56,488 bases of DNA. Origin: Nanobdellota archaeon. Lineage in GTDB: Archaea > Nanobdellota > Nanobdellia > Woesearchaeales > JAHJEM01. The stretch lies in NCBI GenBank assembly GCA_043825215.1, contig JBDRSD010000065.1, positions 1 through 56,488 on the forward strand. The letters run 5' to 3'. This document shows positions 25,202 to 34,383 of this stretch, piece by piece. The position numbers and the translations under genes were made by a program. The notes under the pieces are model-generated. The model ran no database searches and was not told the DNA's origin. It saw only the letters and a program-made list of their open reading frames with translations. Position 1 is the stretch's first letter, and each line of letters starts with the position of its first letter.

Positions 25202-26928
25202 GTGGGATGGCTCCGTTTTTTGTATGGTGTGCCGATGTAGCGGAGGGCTTCTTGGAGGTCTCTTTCCCTGATATTATCAGGTACTGGTTCGTTTCTCAAA
25301 TCGTTGATGGAACTTCCTTGTTGCGAATAGTATTCTGCAAGGACGCAATATGAGATGAGAGGATCATATGGTCTTGTCATGCAGGGATGTGCAGTATTGA
25401 TGTGGAGTATTCTTTCTACCCCGGTGAACCTGTTGTCTTCGAGCAAGACCGGGGAATGCCCGTAGGCAGGGATGTTGACGAGATGGATATTGGTTGTAGG
25501 AATGAACCTGTTCTTGACGGCGTTCTGGTTGTCGAATTCCCGTCCGAGGAGGTGGAGGTTAGGATATTCTCCGGAGTCGAGTCTTCTATAGAGTTCGCTC
25601 CTGTCGAATGTCTCGACCGGGACGAGCATCTTGAAGGTGAGATTGTGTGCTTGTTCATAGAGTTCGCTCCAGTACTGTACGGATTCTGGCAACACGATGA
25701 ATGTCTGTTGCATGATGTCCTCTCCGAAGAAGAGAGAATATCGTTCATGTTGCTGTCTTGTCAACACATATGATTTTCCAGGAATGAATGAGTCGCAGAT
25801 GTCACGGACGTGGGGGATATCTGTCAATGTCGTCATCCCAAATGCAGAGGCAAGAGCAGGTAGGAAGTCTCCCATGGCGCGGATGAATGGTTCTGTATGT
25901 TCCTGTCCTTTGAGGAAGTCCTGCAATGCGACGAAGACACCTGCGACTGAGATGTGATAGTTCTGGTCGATCTTGAACTCGTCGCGGCCTTCCACTACGC
26001 GTACTCCTGAAGGAAAGCTTACCCGTACGCTTCCTCTGCGAAGGCCGTGTTTGACAACGAAGATGCCTTGGTTTGTCAGGGTGAGATAGCTATTTTCTCT
26101 GCGTTCGTATTCGAAATTCTCGATCTTGAGGCCCACTGTCTGGCTGACTTTTTTTCCTCGTATTTCAAGCATGACAGGGGCCGTGTGCCAGGGATGTTTC
26201 TCATCTTCATTGAGGGTGTGCCGTCCTGCAGTGATCCTTGCCCTGTAGAGGGGAATATCCTGGACGTATCGTTTGATATATTCGTATGGGTCCACTTCTA
26301 TTGAATACTCGCTTGGTCGTCTTCCGAATTGGCTTCGCGTGATCGACACTTTTGTGCAAGCATATTTACGTGGTTTTTTTTTCTCGACAGTCATGTGCAT
26401 GTCGGTGACGTTATTGCTTGTGGAATAGAAGGTGAGCTTGTAGCGTTCGTTGCCAGCTTGCGTGTCGACATTGACTTTTGCTTTGCCTGGATTCTTGACG
26501 CAGTAATTGAAGGTGGAGAGGAATCCGACGCCGAACCAGCCGATCTGGTCGATTCCATTCTTGTCTGAGTTGAAAGGAATGATAAGCACGCGAAGGATGT
26601 CTGCAAGGTTCATGCCGTCTCCGTTGTCTTCGCAGGAGAATTTCGAGTATCCTATCTTGAGCTTGATATGGTATTCTCCTTCGAATCCTGTCGGTCGTGC
26701 ATCGATCGCATTCGTGATGACTTGGAACATGGGCTGGAGATGATCACTGAACTGCTTGACTAACTCTTCGCGGAGGATCTTCTCGAGATATTTCTGGTTT
26801 TTCGGGTGGGTGGTCCCTGAAGGGAGTTCTTGGTCGTGTTGCACGGCAGTGACAGTTGCCTCCAAGGAGTGTCTGTTGAGACCGTTGCTGATCCAAGTGA
26901 CGAGAGGAAGGTCGTATTGTCGGCTCAT
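25198..26928 (-). CDS. 576-aa Hsp90-like GHKL ATPase
   Basis: N-box 'QVITNAIDA', G1 'CEDNGDGM', and G2 'IGWFGVGFLSTF' (compare the Hsp90 'IGQFGVGFYS'). C-terminal 'HINTAHP'. ATGA overlaps on both sides. Confidence 0.8.
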   Translation of the reverse strand: MSRQYDLPLVTWISNGLNRHSLEATVTAVQHDQELPSGTTHPKNQKYLEKILREELVKQFSDHLQPMFQVITNAIDARPTGFEGEYHIKLKIGYSKFSCEDNGDGMNLADILRVLIIPFNSDKNGIDQIGWFGVGFLSTFNYCVKNPGKAKVNVDTQAGNERYKLTFYSTSNNVTDMHMTVEKKKPRKYACTKVSITRSQFGRRPSEYSIEVDPYEYIKRYVQDIPLYRARITAGRHTLNEDEKHPWHTAPVMLEIRGKKVSQTVGLKIENFEYERRENSYLTLTNQGIFVVKHGLRRGSVRVSFPSGVRVVEGRDEFKIDQNYHISVAGVFVALQDFLKGQEHTEPFIRAMGDFLPALASAFGMTTLTDIPHVRDICDSFIPGKSYVLTRQQHERYSLFFGEDIMQQTFIVLPESVQYWSELYEQAHNLTFKMLVPVETFDRSELYRRLDSGEYPNLHLLGREFDNQNAVKNRFIPTTNIHLVNIPAYGHSPVLLEDNRFTGVERILHINTAHPCMTRPYDPLISYCVLAEYYSQQGSSINDLRNEPVPDNIRERDLQEALRYIGTPYKKRSHPT

Positions 26929-29102
26929 GCTGTCGCCTCCGCATACAGGTCTTTGGTTATTTTGATTGAGCCTGTGAGAAAGTCTTCCACTTTGCTGATG
27001 AGGGGGACTTGGATTCCTCTATCCTGCATGGCAAGGGAGAAGGTGGTGTGGAATGTGCCGATCTGGAAGGGGAAGATACCAATCCCTCGTGTCTGGAGCA
27101 TCTGGTCGATTTCGTAAAGGACTTCTTGTTGGTTGGTCTCGAAGTTGAAGGCAAAGTCAGAGAGCATGAAGAGGATGAAGTTGTCATGCCTTTCTCGTCG
27201 GAGGCGTGAGAATTCGTATGGGTCTAGGACTGTTGCAGAGCCTGTCTTATTGAAGAGGGTCCTCTTGAATTGCATCTGCTCGCTATACGTGCACCAGCCG
27301 CTTGAGCGTGTCTTGTTGGAGAAGGTCATCATATTATAGTTGAGGAGCGGGGCGATGCCTTCCTGTTCGAGATAGTTGAGCATGGAGTAGATGGTGAGCG
27401 CTGCGATATGATATTCTCCTTCTCCCTTTTCTGGATCAAAGTACATGCTGGGGCTGCAGTCGACGACCCACGCGATGTCAGGAAGCCCTCCTTTGATGCC
27501 GCCTCCTTCGATGGGGAGAGTGAGGGGGTTGGTCTTCCTGTAGAGCTTGACTTCTTTTTTTCCGGAATCTTTTGTAAAGACGCGTGTCTGTGACCAGTCG
27601 ATGTGTTCAGATGAGAATTCATCAAAGGGCATCTCTTCTGTGCTGAGCATATGCTCTTCGAGGTCTCCTTGGTCTTTTTCTTCTTCGCCGATGATCTTGA
27701 TCCTGCCTGCTCGTCTGCGGTAGAGCATGTCCATCCGCGGCAAGACAAGGACGTGTGGTGAGTCTTCATCTTTCTCGTCCTTGAGCATCTCTTTGATGAT
27801 GGGGTAGAACCTGTCGTTTTCTTGTCGTTGCAGGTCTTGGTACCATTTTGGTACTTCGAAGTGTTTCTTGTCAGGCTGGCCGCTGCTTGGGATGAGGACA
27901 TACATTTCCTCATCACCTGATCGCTCATCATTTTCTGATGGATGGGACTGTTCTTTCTTGCCTTTTCCTTTCTTTTCCTTGTTTTTCTTCCCTTTTCCAA
28001 TCTGAGGTTGTGCCTCCTTTTCGTCGTGCTTTCCTCCCCCATTGTCCTTATCGCCTTGGGTTCCGCTGCCGTTGTCCTTTCCTTGTTGGTTGCTGTCATC
28101 TCTCTGTTGAGGCGAATTCTTGCCGTCGGAGGATTGCTTTTGTTGTCCGCTGTTTCCTTTCTGCGGTCTCTGGTTCTGTCGTGATGACGGGCTTCTGGTA
28201 AACGAGTTCTGGTAGGCTTCGTCCGGTTCTTTGATGAATGGATAGATTGCGCTTGTGTAGTCGTAGGACATCTGTTTCCAAAGCGACGTATCCCGCAGCC
28301 TGTTGACAAGTCGTTGTTGGTCCCCTGGAGGGAGGGTTCCGTCGAGCACTTGCTGTGTGTAGAGGTCGTTTCCGGTAAAGACAGTGATGAGCTTTTGCCT
28401 GTAGCGTTCGAACTCGAAGAAGGTGCCGACAGGAAGGAACTTGAGCCGGTTGTGGGTGATGATGCGCGGGGTGAAGTAGTTCTCGACCTTTTTGCGAAGC
28501 GTCGGTTCAATCTGGCAGAGGGCAAGTTCTGTGCCGACCATGATGGATGATCCTTTGTCGATGTATCTCGTTCCCATCCCTCGCATGAAGTAGTAGTTCA
28601 TGAGGAATATATGGGCGAGCCCTTCCTTGTAGCGGTTCTTGTCCCTGTCTGTCAAAGCATTGATTGTATTGAGGATGGTATCTTCGAAGAAGTTTGCGAC
28701 GGTTAAGCATTTGTCGATGGTGTCGCGTTCGCTTCTTTCGCGTCCATGGAGGAAATCATATGCACCTTGTATGATGAGCTGGAAGAGTTCCTGGTTCCTC
28801 GGGCACTCCCAGTGGTGGTCGAATTCGTGCCCGATGACTGCATACATGAGGGAATCGAAGAATTCCCCGGCATTGATGCGACGGTCTCCTCGTCTGAGCT
28901 GTTCGTCATGGGTGATATCCGCAACAAGGTAATCGAAGAGTTCTGTTGTCGCGATGTAGATCTTGCGGTCGTTTAGCGTGATGAGTGCACTGATCGGAGC
29001 TCCAAATGACATGACGGAGACGATCGGGTCGTGGTATTGGGTCTGTCCCATCTCATCAAGCAATTGTCTTCCTTTCTTCCTGATGCGCGCCTCAAGGGTC
29101 AT
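26925..29102 (-). CDS. Fusion of an HExxH metallopeptidase-like domain, a low-complexity linker and a C-terminal vWA domain (COG3864/DUF2201-like partner of MoxR ATPases)
   Basis: 'VIGHEFDHHWE' (HExxH, nt ~28815-28829). Q/G/K/D-rich linker (nt ~27909-28196). vWA MIDAS 'VVDCSPS' = DxSxS (nt 27447-27461). The start is taken at ATG 29102 (MTLEARIRKK), because the longer ORF overlaps the upstream gene by 188 nt. Confidence 0.8.
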   Translation of the reverse strand: MTLEARIRKKGRQLLDEMGQTQYHDPIVSVMSFGAPISALITLNDRKIYIATTELFDYLVADITHDEQLRRGDRRINAGEFFDSLMYAVIGHEFDHHWECPRNQELFQLIIQGAYDFLHGRERSERDTIDKCLTVANFFEDTILNTINALTDRDKNRYKEGLAHIFLMNYYFMRGMGTRYIDKGSSIMVGTELALCQIEPTLRKKVENYFTPRIITHNRLKFLPVGTFFEFERYRQKLITVFTGNDLYTQQVLDGTLPPGDQQRLVNRLRDTSLWKQMSYDYTSAIYPFIKEPDEAYQNSFTRSPSSRQNQRPQKGNSGQQKQSSDGKNSPQQRDDSNQQGKDNGSGTQGDKDNGGGKHDEKEAQPQIGKGKKNKEKKGKGKKEQSHPSENDERSGDEEMYVLIPSSGQPDKKHFEVPKWYQDLQRQENDRFYPIIKEMLKDEKDEDSPHVLVLPRMDMLYRRRAGRIKIIGEEEKDQGDLEEHMLSTEEMPFDEFSSEHIDWSQTRVFTKDSGKKEVKLYRKTNPLTLPIEGGGIKGGLPDIAWVVDCSPSMYFDPEKGEGEYHIAALTIYSMLNYLEQEGIAPLLNYNMMTFSNKTRSSGWCTYSEQMQFKRTLFNKTGSATVLDPYEFSRLRRERHDNFILFMLSDFAFNFETNQQEVLYEIDQMLQTRGIGIFPFQIGTFHTTFSLAMQDRGIQVPLISKVEDFLTGSIKITKDLYAEATA

Positions 29103-29877
29103 GGTAAAAGGCCTCCTGGGGAAGGGTGAATGTGAGGTGGTGATGGGCGGCGAGGGTGAACTGGTGTCGTACGCTGTCAAAGAAGGATCCGGCTCTTGTG
29201 AGTTGGTTTGCAGGGAGCCCTGAATGGTGGGGGCTTTCGAGTGTGTAGTCAAGATGGGTACCGTCGTCGGATCTGACAAGTGTTACGCGCTCTTTGAGGA
29301 ATTCGTGGCGAATGTCAGTTCCATTGTAGAATCCGTGGTCTGAACTGATCTGGTCGGCTATGCTGAGCAGGGCGAGGAGGAGGGCTTCTGTCTGCGATTG
29401 GTGCTCTTGACGGAATGATCTTGTCAGGTCTCCTTTGCTTGTGCCATATATGATGAGCTGCTTGACAAGGTCTGGGGTGTCTGGGTGTTCTGAGAAGACA
29501 AGTGTCATGCCTGGGAGATGGACAAAATTGTTGCGTCGCCTTTCTGTAATGAGTGATTGGAGGTCGGGAGGCAGAGAATAACTGGAAAGAGTGTCGTAAT
29601 ATGCTTCGATCTCTCCTCTGAGCAGGGAGATAATGTCTGTTTGGGCGATTCCTTTCAGGCGGATGCTTGTGACGTCTGGCCTGTTGTATGCCATCTCTAT
29701 CATGAAAGATAGTGTCCCTCCTTTTTCAGCGATTGTCGCTTGCCTTGTTTGCAGGTCATCTGCGTACCTGCGAGCATATTCTACAAGTCCATAGTGTAGG
29801 AATGCGTCGAGGGAAACACGTTTGTTGCCTCCTTTCTCTTCATAGAAGAGCTCTCCGATTCTGGAATAGTCTTTCAT
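29092..29877 (-). CDS. Hypothetical 261-aa protein (second gene of the operon)
   Basis: Clean ORF with an ATGA overlap to the MoxR gene's stop. No recognisable motif. Confidence 0.6.
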   Translation of the reverse strand: MKDYSRIGELFYEEKGGNKRVSLDAFLHYGLVEYARRYADDLQTRQATIAEKGGTLSFMIEMAYNRPDVTSIRLKGIAQTDIISLLRGEIEAYYDTLSSYSLPPDLQSLITERRRNNFVHLPGMTLVFSEHPDTPDLVKQLIIYGTSKGDLTRSFRQEHQSQTEALLLALLSIADQISSDHGFYNGTDIRHEFLKERVTLVRSDDGTHLDYTLESPHHSGLPANQLTRAGSFFDSVRHQFTLAAHHHLTFTLPQEAFYHDP

Positions 29878-31487
29878 GTGTATAGGTCATCCTTGATATC
29901 TTGTGTTGATTTTTCTTCTCGGTGGTCCATGTAAGGTGCTACAGCCCTAAGAAGCCATGGGTTCTCTTTTTCGCAATATGCCGCAAATTCAGCAGCGTCT
30001 TCTCGTCCTTTTGTACCATTGAGGAGGTCTACGAGGATTTCTTGTGAGGCAGGGGCTGCAAGCCCGTCCTTGAATTTCCCAGACACTTCATTGGAAAATG
30101 CCTGGACAGCACCGTAGATGCTTCCTTGGTAGTGTTTTTCGATCCAGAGGGGGGAGATGCCGATCTTGGAATATGCCACGAAGACGAAAGCCGATTCAAA
30201 GTCCTCTTGCAGCACTTCGAGGTTGTCGACGTATTTTGCAAGGGCTTTTTTTGCTAAGGGTCTTCCGGTGAGGGGCGTTTCTGTATAGTCTTGGAGGGCT
30301 GTCTCGACGAGTCCTGGTTCTGGTGTGAATCGTCCGGCGTCTCCAGTAACATATGCTGAGAGGAATTCTACGAATTTCGTCGCCCGAAGGAGGGTAAATC
30401 CTTTTGCGACCTTGCGTAGGTTCCCTGAGATGCCAGGAGTTAGTCCGCTGACATAGGGGCACATCTCGTGCTTGAATGCGACGAGGTATTCGCAGCCTAT
30501 GCCTTCTTGGATCTCGGTGTTCCCTATCTGCATGGGTTTTGCGCAGACATGCCTGATGCTTCCTTGTTTCTTTGCGACGGCGTCCTTGTCGCCTGTAAAC
30601 GAGTGTTTGCAGTAGTCGAATGATTCTATGTAGGCATTGTAGAGGTCGGCAAGGGGATGGAGGTTTATGTCCTGGAGGACTTTCCTATAAGAAAGGATGG
30701 TCTCCAGCTGCGATACTGTCTCTGGTAGTAGTATGGGCTTTCCGTCGCGTTCGCGGAGGATCTTTTCGTCCCGTGCAGTAAGAGAGAAGACGTCCATGGG
30801 AATTTCAATGGTCGTCCTTCGGCGAAGCGCCTTATCGATGTCAAATGTGCCTGAGTAGTCTTTTCCTTCGTTGATGGTTGCAATCTGGAATTGGTAGGTC
30901 GTGCCGTCAGGAAGTTGCATTCCTATCTTGACGCGTTGTCCGTTCGGAAGTGTGATCTCTTTTTCTTCGCCGATGATGTGGAGTGCCTTTGCGCTCTGTT
31001 TGGCATGTGTCCGATTCAATTCGTCGGCAATGAATCCTGGAAGCGAGAGCCAGGGTTGTGCGCGGTAGAAATCAGAGAGTGTCATCCCTTCTTTCTGGAA
31101 GAAGTCTGAGGAGACGTCTGAGACGCTGTCCCTACCAAAGTCTGTGTCAAAGTCTAGTTTGTGCCATCCTTGTTCTTCTGAGCCAAGGAGGGAGTTCATG
31201 ACAAGTTTTGCAAGTGTCGTCTTTCCTGTGTCTGTTCCTCCTGTCATGAGGATGGGGCTTTCGGTGATTGCTCCGATCAGAAGGAGGTCTTTGAGGTCAT
31301 AGGTGACAGAGAATGGGAATTTGATGCCGTGGGGGAGGATGAGGTGGGAACTTGTGACGGCAAGTGTCCTTGAATGCACGTATGCTTCGGTGTCATTGTG
31401 CATCTTGGTGTTGAGCTCGTCTAGTGTGCGGATGGATTCTTTTTCAATTGCCATAGGTATCGCCCTCGCCTCTTTTTTTTGAGTCAT
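29874..31487 (-). CDS. MoxR-like AAA+ ATPase (long form)
   Basis: Walker A 'GGTDTGKT', MoxR-type Walker B 'FIADELNR', sensor-1 'ATINEG', 'ALRRR'. The start is probably ATG 31487 (MTQKKE) or 31454; the ORF-track GTG at 31556 lies upstream of a TATA-like box. Confidence 0.8.
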   Translation of the reverse strand: MTQKKEARAIPMAIEKESIRTLDELNTKMHNDTEAYVHSRTLAVTSSHLILPHGIKFPFSVTYDLKDLLLIGAITESPILMTGGTDTGKTTLAKLVMNSLLGSEEQGWHKLDFDTDFGRDSVSDVSSDFFQKEGMTLSDFYRAQPWLSLPGFIADELNRTHAKQSAKALHIIGEEKEITLPNGQRVKIGMQLPDGTTYQFQIATINEGKDYSGTFDIDKALRRRTTIEIPMDVFSLTARDEKILRERDGKPILLPETVSQLETILSYRKVLQDINLHPLADLYNAYIESFDYCKHSFTGDKDAVAKKQGSIRHVCAKPMQIGNTEIQEGIGCEYLVAFKHEMCPYVSGLTPGISGNLRKVAKGFTLLRATKFVEFLSAYVTGDAGRFTPEPGLVETALQDYTETPLTGRPLAKKALAKYVDNLEVLQEDFESAFVFVAYSKIGISPLWIEKHYQGSIYGAVQAFSNEVSGKFKDGLAAPASQEILVDLLNGTKGREDAAEFAAYCEKENPWLLRAVAPYMDHREEKSTQDIKDDLYT

Positions 31488-31532
31488 ACTGGAATGAACA
31501 ACACAATCACTCTTCAGTAGAAACAATATTGC

Positions 31533-31550
31533 CTTTTTAAAGGTTTTTAT
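31533..31550 (-). promoter_or_regulatory. TATA-like element upstream of the MoxR/vWA/GHKL operon
   Basis: The minus strand reads ATAAAAACCTTTAAAAAGG, about 45-60 nt upstream of ATG 31487. Confidence 0.35.
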
Positions 31551-31636
31551 CTTCACTGTCGTAAAGTGGTGAAAATAAGGCCTTTTTCTTCATAAAAACC
31601 TTAAGAATCATGTGGGAAGGTGAAGAATAGGAGATT

Positions 31637-32884
31637 TCACTTGATGACACGGACTTCCTTTATACGATAGCTATCGACATCCTCTATGACAAAGGTGGCT
31701 TTTCCGATTTTGAGTTTCTCTCCTTTTTGGGGTATGCGTTCTATCTTGTCAAGGATGTAACCTCCAAGTGTTTCAAAGTTCTTGCGTTTCTGAAGGCGGA
31801 TCTTTAGGGCCTTATTGACATCGTTGACATCGATTGATCCCTTGAATATCCATTCATTCTTTTTCACTTTTCTCGTGTCCGGGCTTGTTTCGTCTGTCTC
31901 GTCGTATATCTCTCCGACGATCTCTTCAAGGACATCTTCTATGGTGACGATACCACTCACCGATCCATGCTCGTCGACGACTATTGCGATGTGGTTTTTC
32001 TTGTTCTTGAAATAAGTGAGAAGACTGTCTATCTTCTTGGATTCTGGGATGAAATAGGGTTTTTCAACGACGTCTTTGACTTTGACATTGAGTTCTTTTC
32101 GCAGGACATGCGATATGATGTTTTTCATGTAGAGGATGCCCACGATATTGTCTCTTGTCTTGATGAAGACAGGGACTCTTGAAAAGCTATGCTGGAGCAG
32201 TTCTGGAAGGATGTCTTGGAGCGTTTTTTCCCCGTCGATATAAAATATTGCCCGTCGAGGAGTCATGATTTGATTGACGGTTATCTCATCAAACTTGAAG
32301 ACGTTTTGGATGAGTTGGCCCTCGATCTCTGTGATCTGTCCTGACCTCTCACCGATTGAGACGAGTGCTACGAGCTCTTTTTCAGTAATGGGAGGCCTTT
32401 CTACCTTTCCTGATAGATTTGTGATCCAGCCCGTGATTGCATAGAGTGGCTTTATGATTGGGCTTAAGATAAGTGAGAGATAGTAGAGGGGCCGGGCAGC
32501 AATGAAAGAAAGTGTTTCTGCGTGCCTGATGGCAAGGCTTTTTGGGGTGATTTCGCAGAAGATGAGGACGATGAGTGTGAGAATGCCAGTAGTGATTGCG
32601 ACAGGATTTTTGAACGGCAGGTTGTAGATCATAAATATCTCAAGGGCGAGGAGTGTTGCGACAGCTGAGGCGCCGATGTTTGCGATGTTGTTTCCGACAA
32701 GGATTGTTGTGATGAGCTTTTGGGGATGATCTTTTAAGCGTTTGACAAAGTCAGCTCCTTTTTTCTTCTTTTCTACAAGATAGAGGAGTCGAAGCTTTCC
32801 AAGGGAGAAGAATGCTGTCTCTGCAGCGGAGAAGAATGCAGAGAGGGCGAGGAGTATTACGAGGGTGATGATCTTTGTGAGCAT
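31637..32884 (-). CDS. CNNM/CorB-HlyC family transporter-like protein (DUF21 + CBS pair + CorC_HlyC)
   Basis: N-terminal 4-TM region 'LSAFFSAAETAFFS', CBS region 'IMTPRRAIFYID..', and C-terminal 'ETLGGYILDKIERIPQKGEKLKI'. Confidence 0.8.
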   Translation of the reverse strand: MLTKIITLVILLALSAFFSAAETAFFSLGKLRLLYLVEKKKKGADFVKRLKDHPQKLITTILVGNNIANIGASAVATLLALEIFMIYNLPFKNPVAITTGILTLIVLIFCEITPKSLAIRHAETLSFIAARPLYYLSLILSPIIKPLYAITGWITNLSGKVERPPITEKELVALVSIGERSGQITEIEGQLIQNVFKFDEITVNQIMTPRRAIFYIDGEKTLQDILPELLQHSFSRVPVFIKTRDNIVGILYMKNIISHVLRKELNVKVKDVVEKPYFIPESKKIDSLLTYFKNKKNHIAIVVDEHGSVSGIVTIEDVLEEIVGEIYDETDETSPDTRKVKKNEWIFKGSIDVNDVNKALKIRLQKRKNFETLGGYILDKIERIPQKGEKLKIGKATFVIEDVDSYRIKEVRVIK

Positions 32885-32962
32885 ATAAAAATCCTGTTGG
32901 ATAGGGGTTATTTAAATGTTGTGAGCAGCATATTTAAAAGATAAGCGCATTCCCTAGCGGTT

Positions 32963-34141
32963 ATGGTCATCAAGAGAACATCGTATCATTCCTGGAAAAA
33001 GGGAGAGCTTGCGAAGGGTTGCATGTCGTGCGTGAAAGGTGAGAAGATGGTTGTCTTCATCACAGGCGTCTGCAACAATAAGTGTTTCTATTGTCCGGTG
33101 TCTGAGCAGAAGAACCTGAAGGATGTCGTGTATGCGAACGAGTGGAATGCGAAATTCGTAGGCAGGTTCGACGAGCCGTTGAAAAGAGGGGAACTTAATG
33201 TGTTTTTTGAGGAGGCACGATTGACTGAAGCTCGGGGCTGTGGCATTACAGGGGGTGATCCACTGCTTGTCCCCAAGAGGACGGCGTCTCTCATCCGCGC
33301 GCTCAAGAAGAAGTTTGGGAAGAAATTTCACATTCATCTGTATACGCCGTTGAGAAATCTGACGAAAGAGAAGCTGAGGCTCCTTGCAAAGGCAGGTCTT
33401 GATGAGATCAGGTTTCACCCGGATGTCTGGGATAAGAAGTTTTGGGATCGCATTGACTGGGCTAAACATTACCAATGGACAATAGGCGTCGAGATTCCTG
33501 CGCTTCCTGGTTTCGAGAAGCAGACAAAAGAATTGTGCGATTTTATTGAAGACAAAATATCTTTCCTGAACCTGAACGAGCTTGAGATTTCAGATACCAA
33601 TGCATCTGATCTTGTCGGGAAGGGATTTCTCCCCAAAGACAGAATATCCTATGGCGTCAAGGGAAGCGAAGCTGTCGCCAAGCGCCTCCTCAGGTATTGC
33701 GAAAAAAAACATTACTCTGTGCATTATTGCACGACCAAACTGAAGGACAGCGTACAACTTGCGCAACGCATGAAGAGGAGAAGCAAGAATGCCCGCTTGA
33801 AGACAGATATAGTGACTGAGGACGGCATGCTCGTGAGAGGGGTCATCTATCTTAAGAAGACTGAGCCGACGTTCTCGTATCGCAAGCGCATCTTTTCTTT
33901 TTCCGAGAAGGAGAGAGAAAAGGTGCTGGCAAGACTAGAGAAAACAAAAGAACTGCTTGTGAAAGAATATAAGATTCTCCCATCCCATGTCACAATTGAT
34001 AATTTAAAGCTGAGGATTCTCACATCAGAGCGAATCGTCCGAATGCTTTCCCCAATCCTCAAGAAAAAGAAGCTTCTTCCCGCTGTCGTCGAGGAATATC
34101 CCACGTGGGATGGCATGGAAATCGAAGTGGAGATGTTATGA
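32963..34141 (+). CDS. Radical SAM protein (COG2108-like, PFL-activase related)
   Basis: 'ITGVCNNKCFYCPVSE' CxxxCxxC and 'GITGGDPL'. Confidence 0.7.
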   Translation: MVIKRTSYHSWKKGELAKGCMSCVKGEKMVVFITGVCNNKCFYCPVSEQKNLKDVVYANEWNAKFVGRFDEPLKRGELNVFFEEARLTEARGCGITGGDPLLVPKRTASLIRALKKKFGKKFHIHLYTPLRNLTKEKLRLLAKAGLDEIRFHPDVWDKKFWDRIDWAKHYQWTIGVEIPALPGFEKQTKELCDFIEDKISFLNLNELEISDTNASDLVGKGFLPKDRISYGVKGSEAVAKRLLRYCEKKHYSVHYCTTKLKDSVQLAQRMKRRSKNARLKTDIVTEDGMLVRGVIYLKKTEPTFSYRKRIFSFSEKEREKVLARLEKTKELLVKEYKILPSHVTIDNLKLRILTSERIVRMLSPILKKKKLLPAVVEEYPTWDGMEIEVEML

Positions 34142-34383
34142 TTCTTCAAAGATATTTAGGGCGGCGTGGGCGAGATAACCGGAATCTCTGCAGATTCTTT
34201 CGAACTCGCACGAGACTCGGTAAGTCTCACCAGGTTGACAATCTGGTGTTTTTTCTTCTTCATAAGCCTTGCAGTAAAAAATCATCAATTGTTTCGATAT
34301 TCCCGAACTTTTTTCAGAGTAATTTTTCCAATTGAAACACTGACGGGATTCTGTAGACGAGGTTCGGGGAGTTTTTGTTTTTC

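Noticed and set aside
27329-28525. 398-aa alternative-frame ORF inside the vWA gene
   Set aside because: It is on the same strand but out of frame with a gene that has HExxH and MIDAS motifs. The translation is S/T/K/R low-complexity, generated by the linker's composition.
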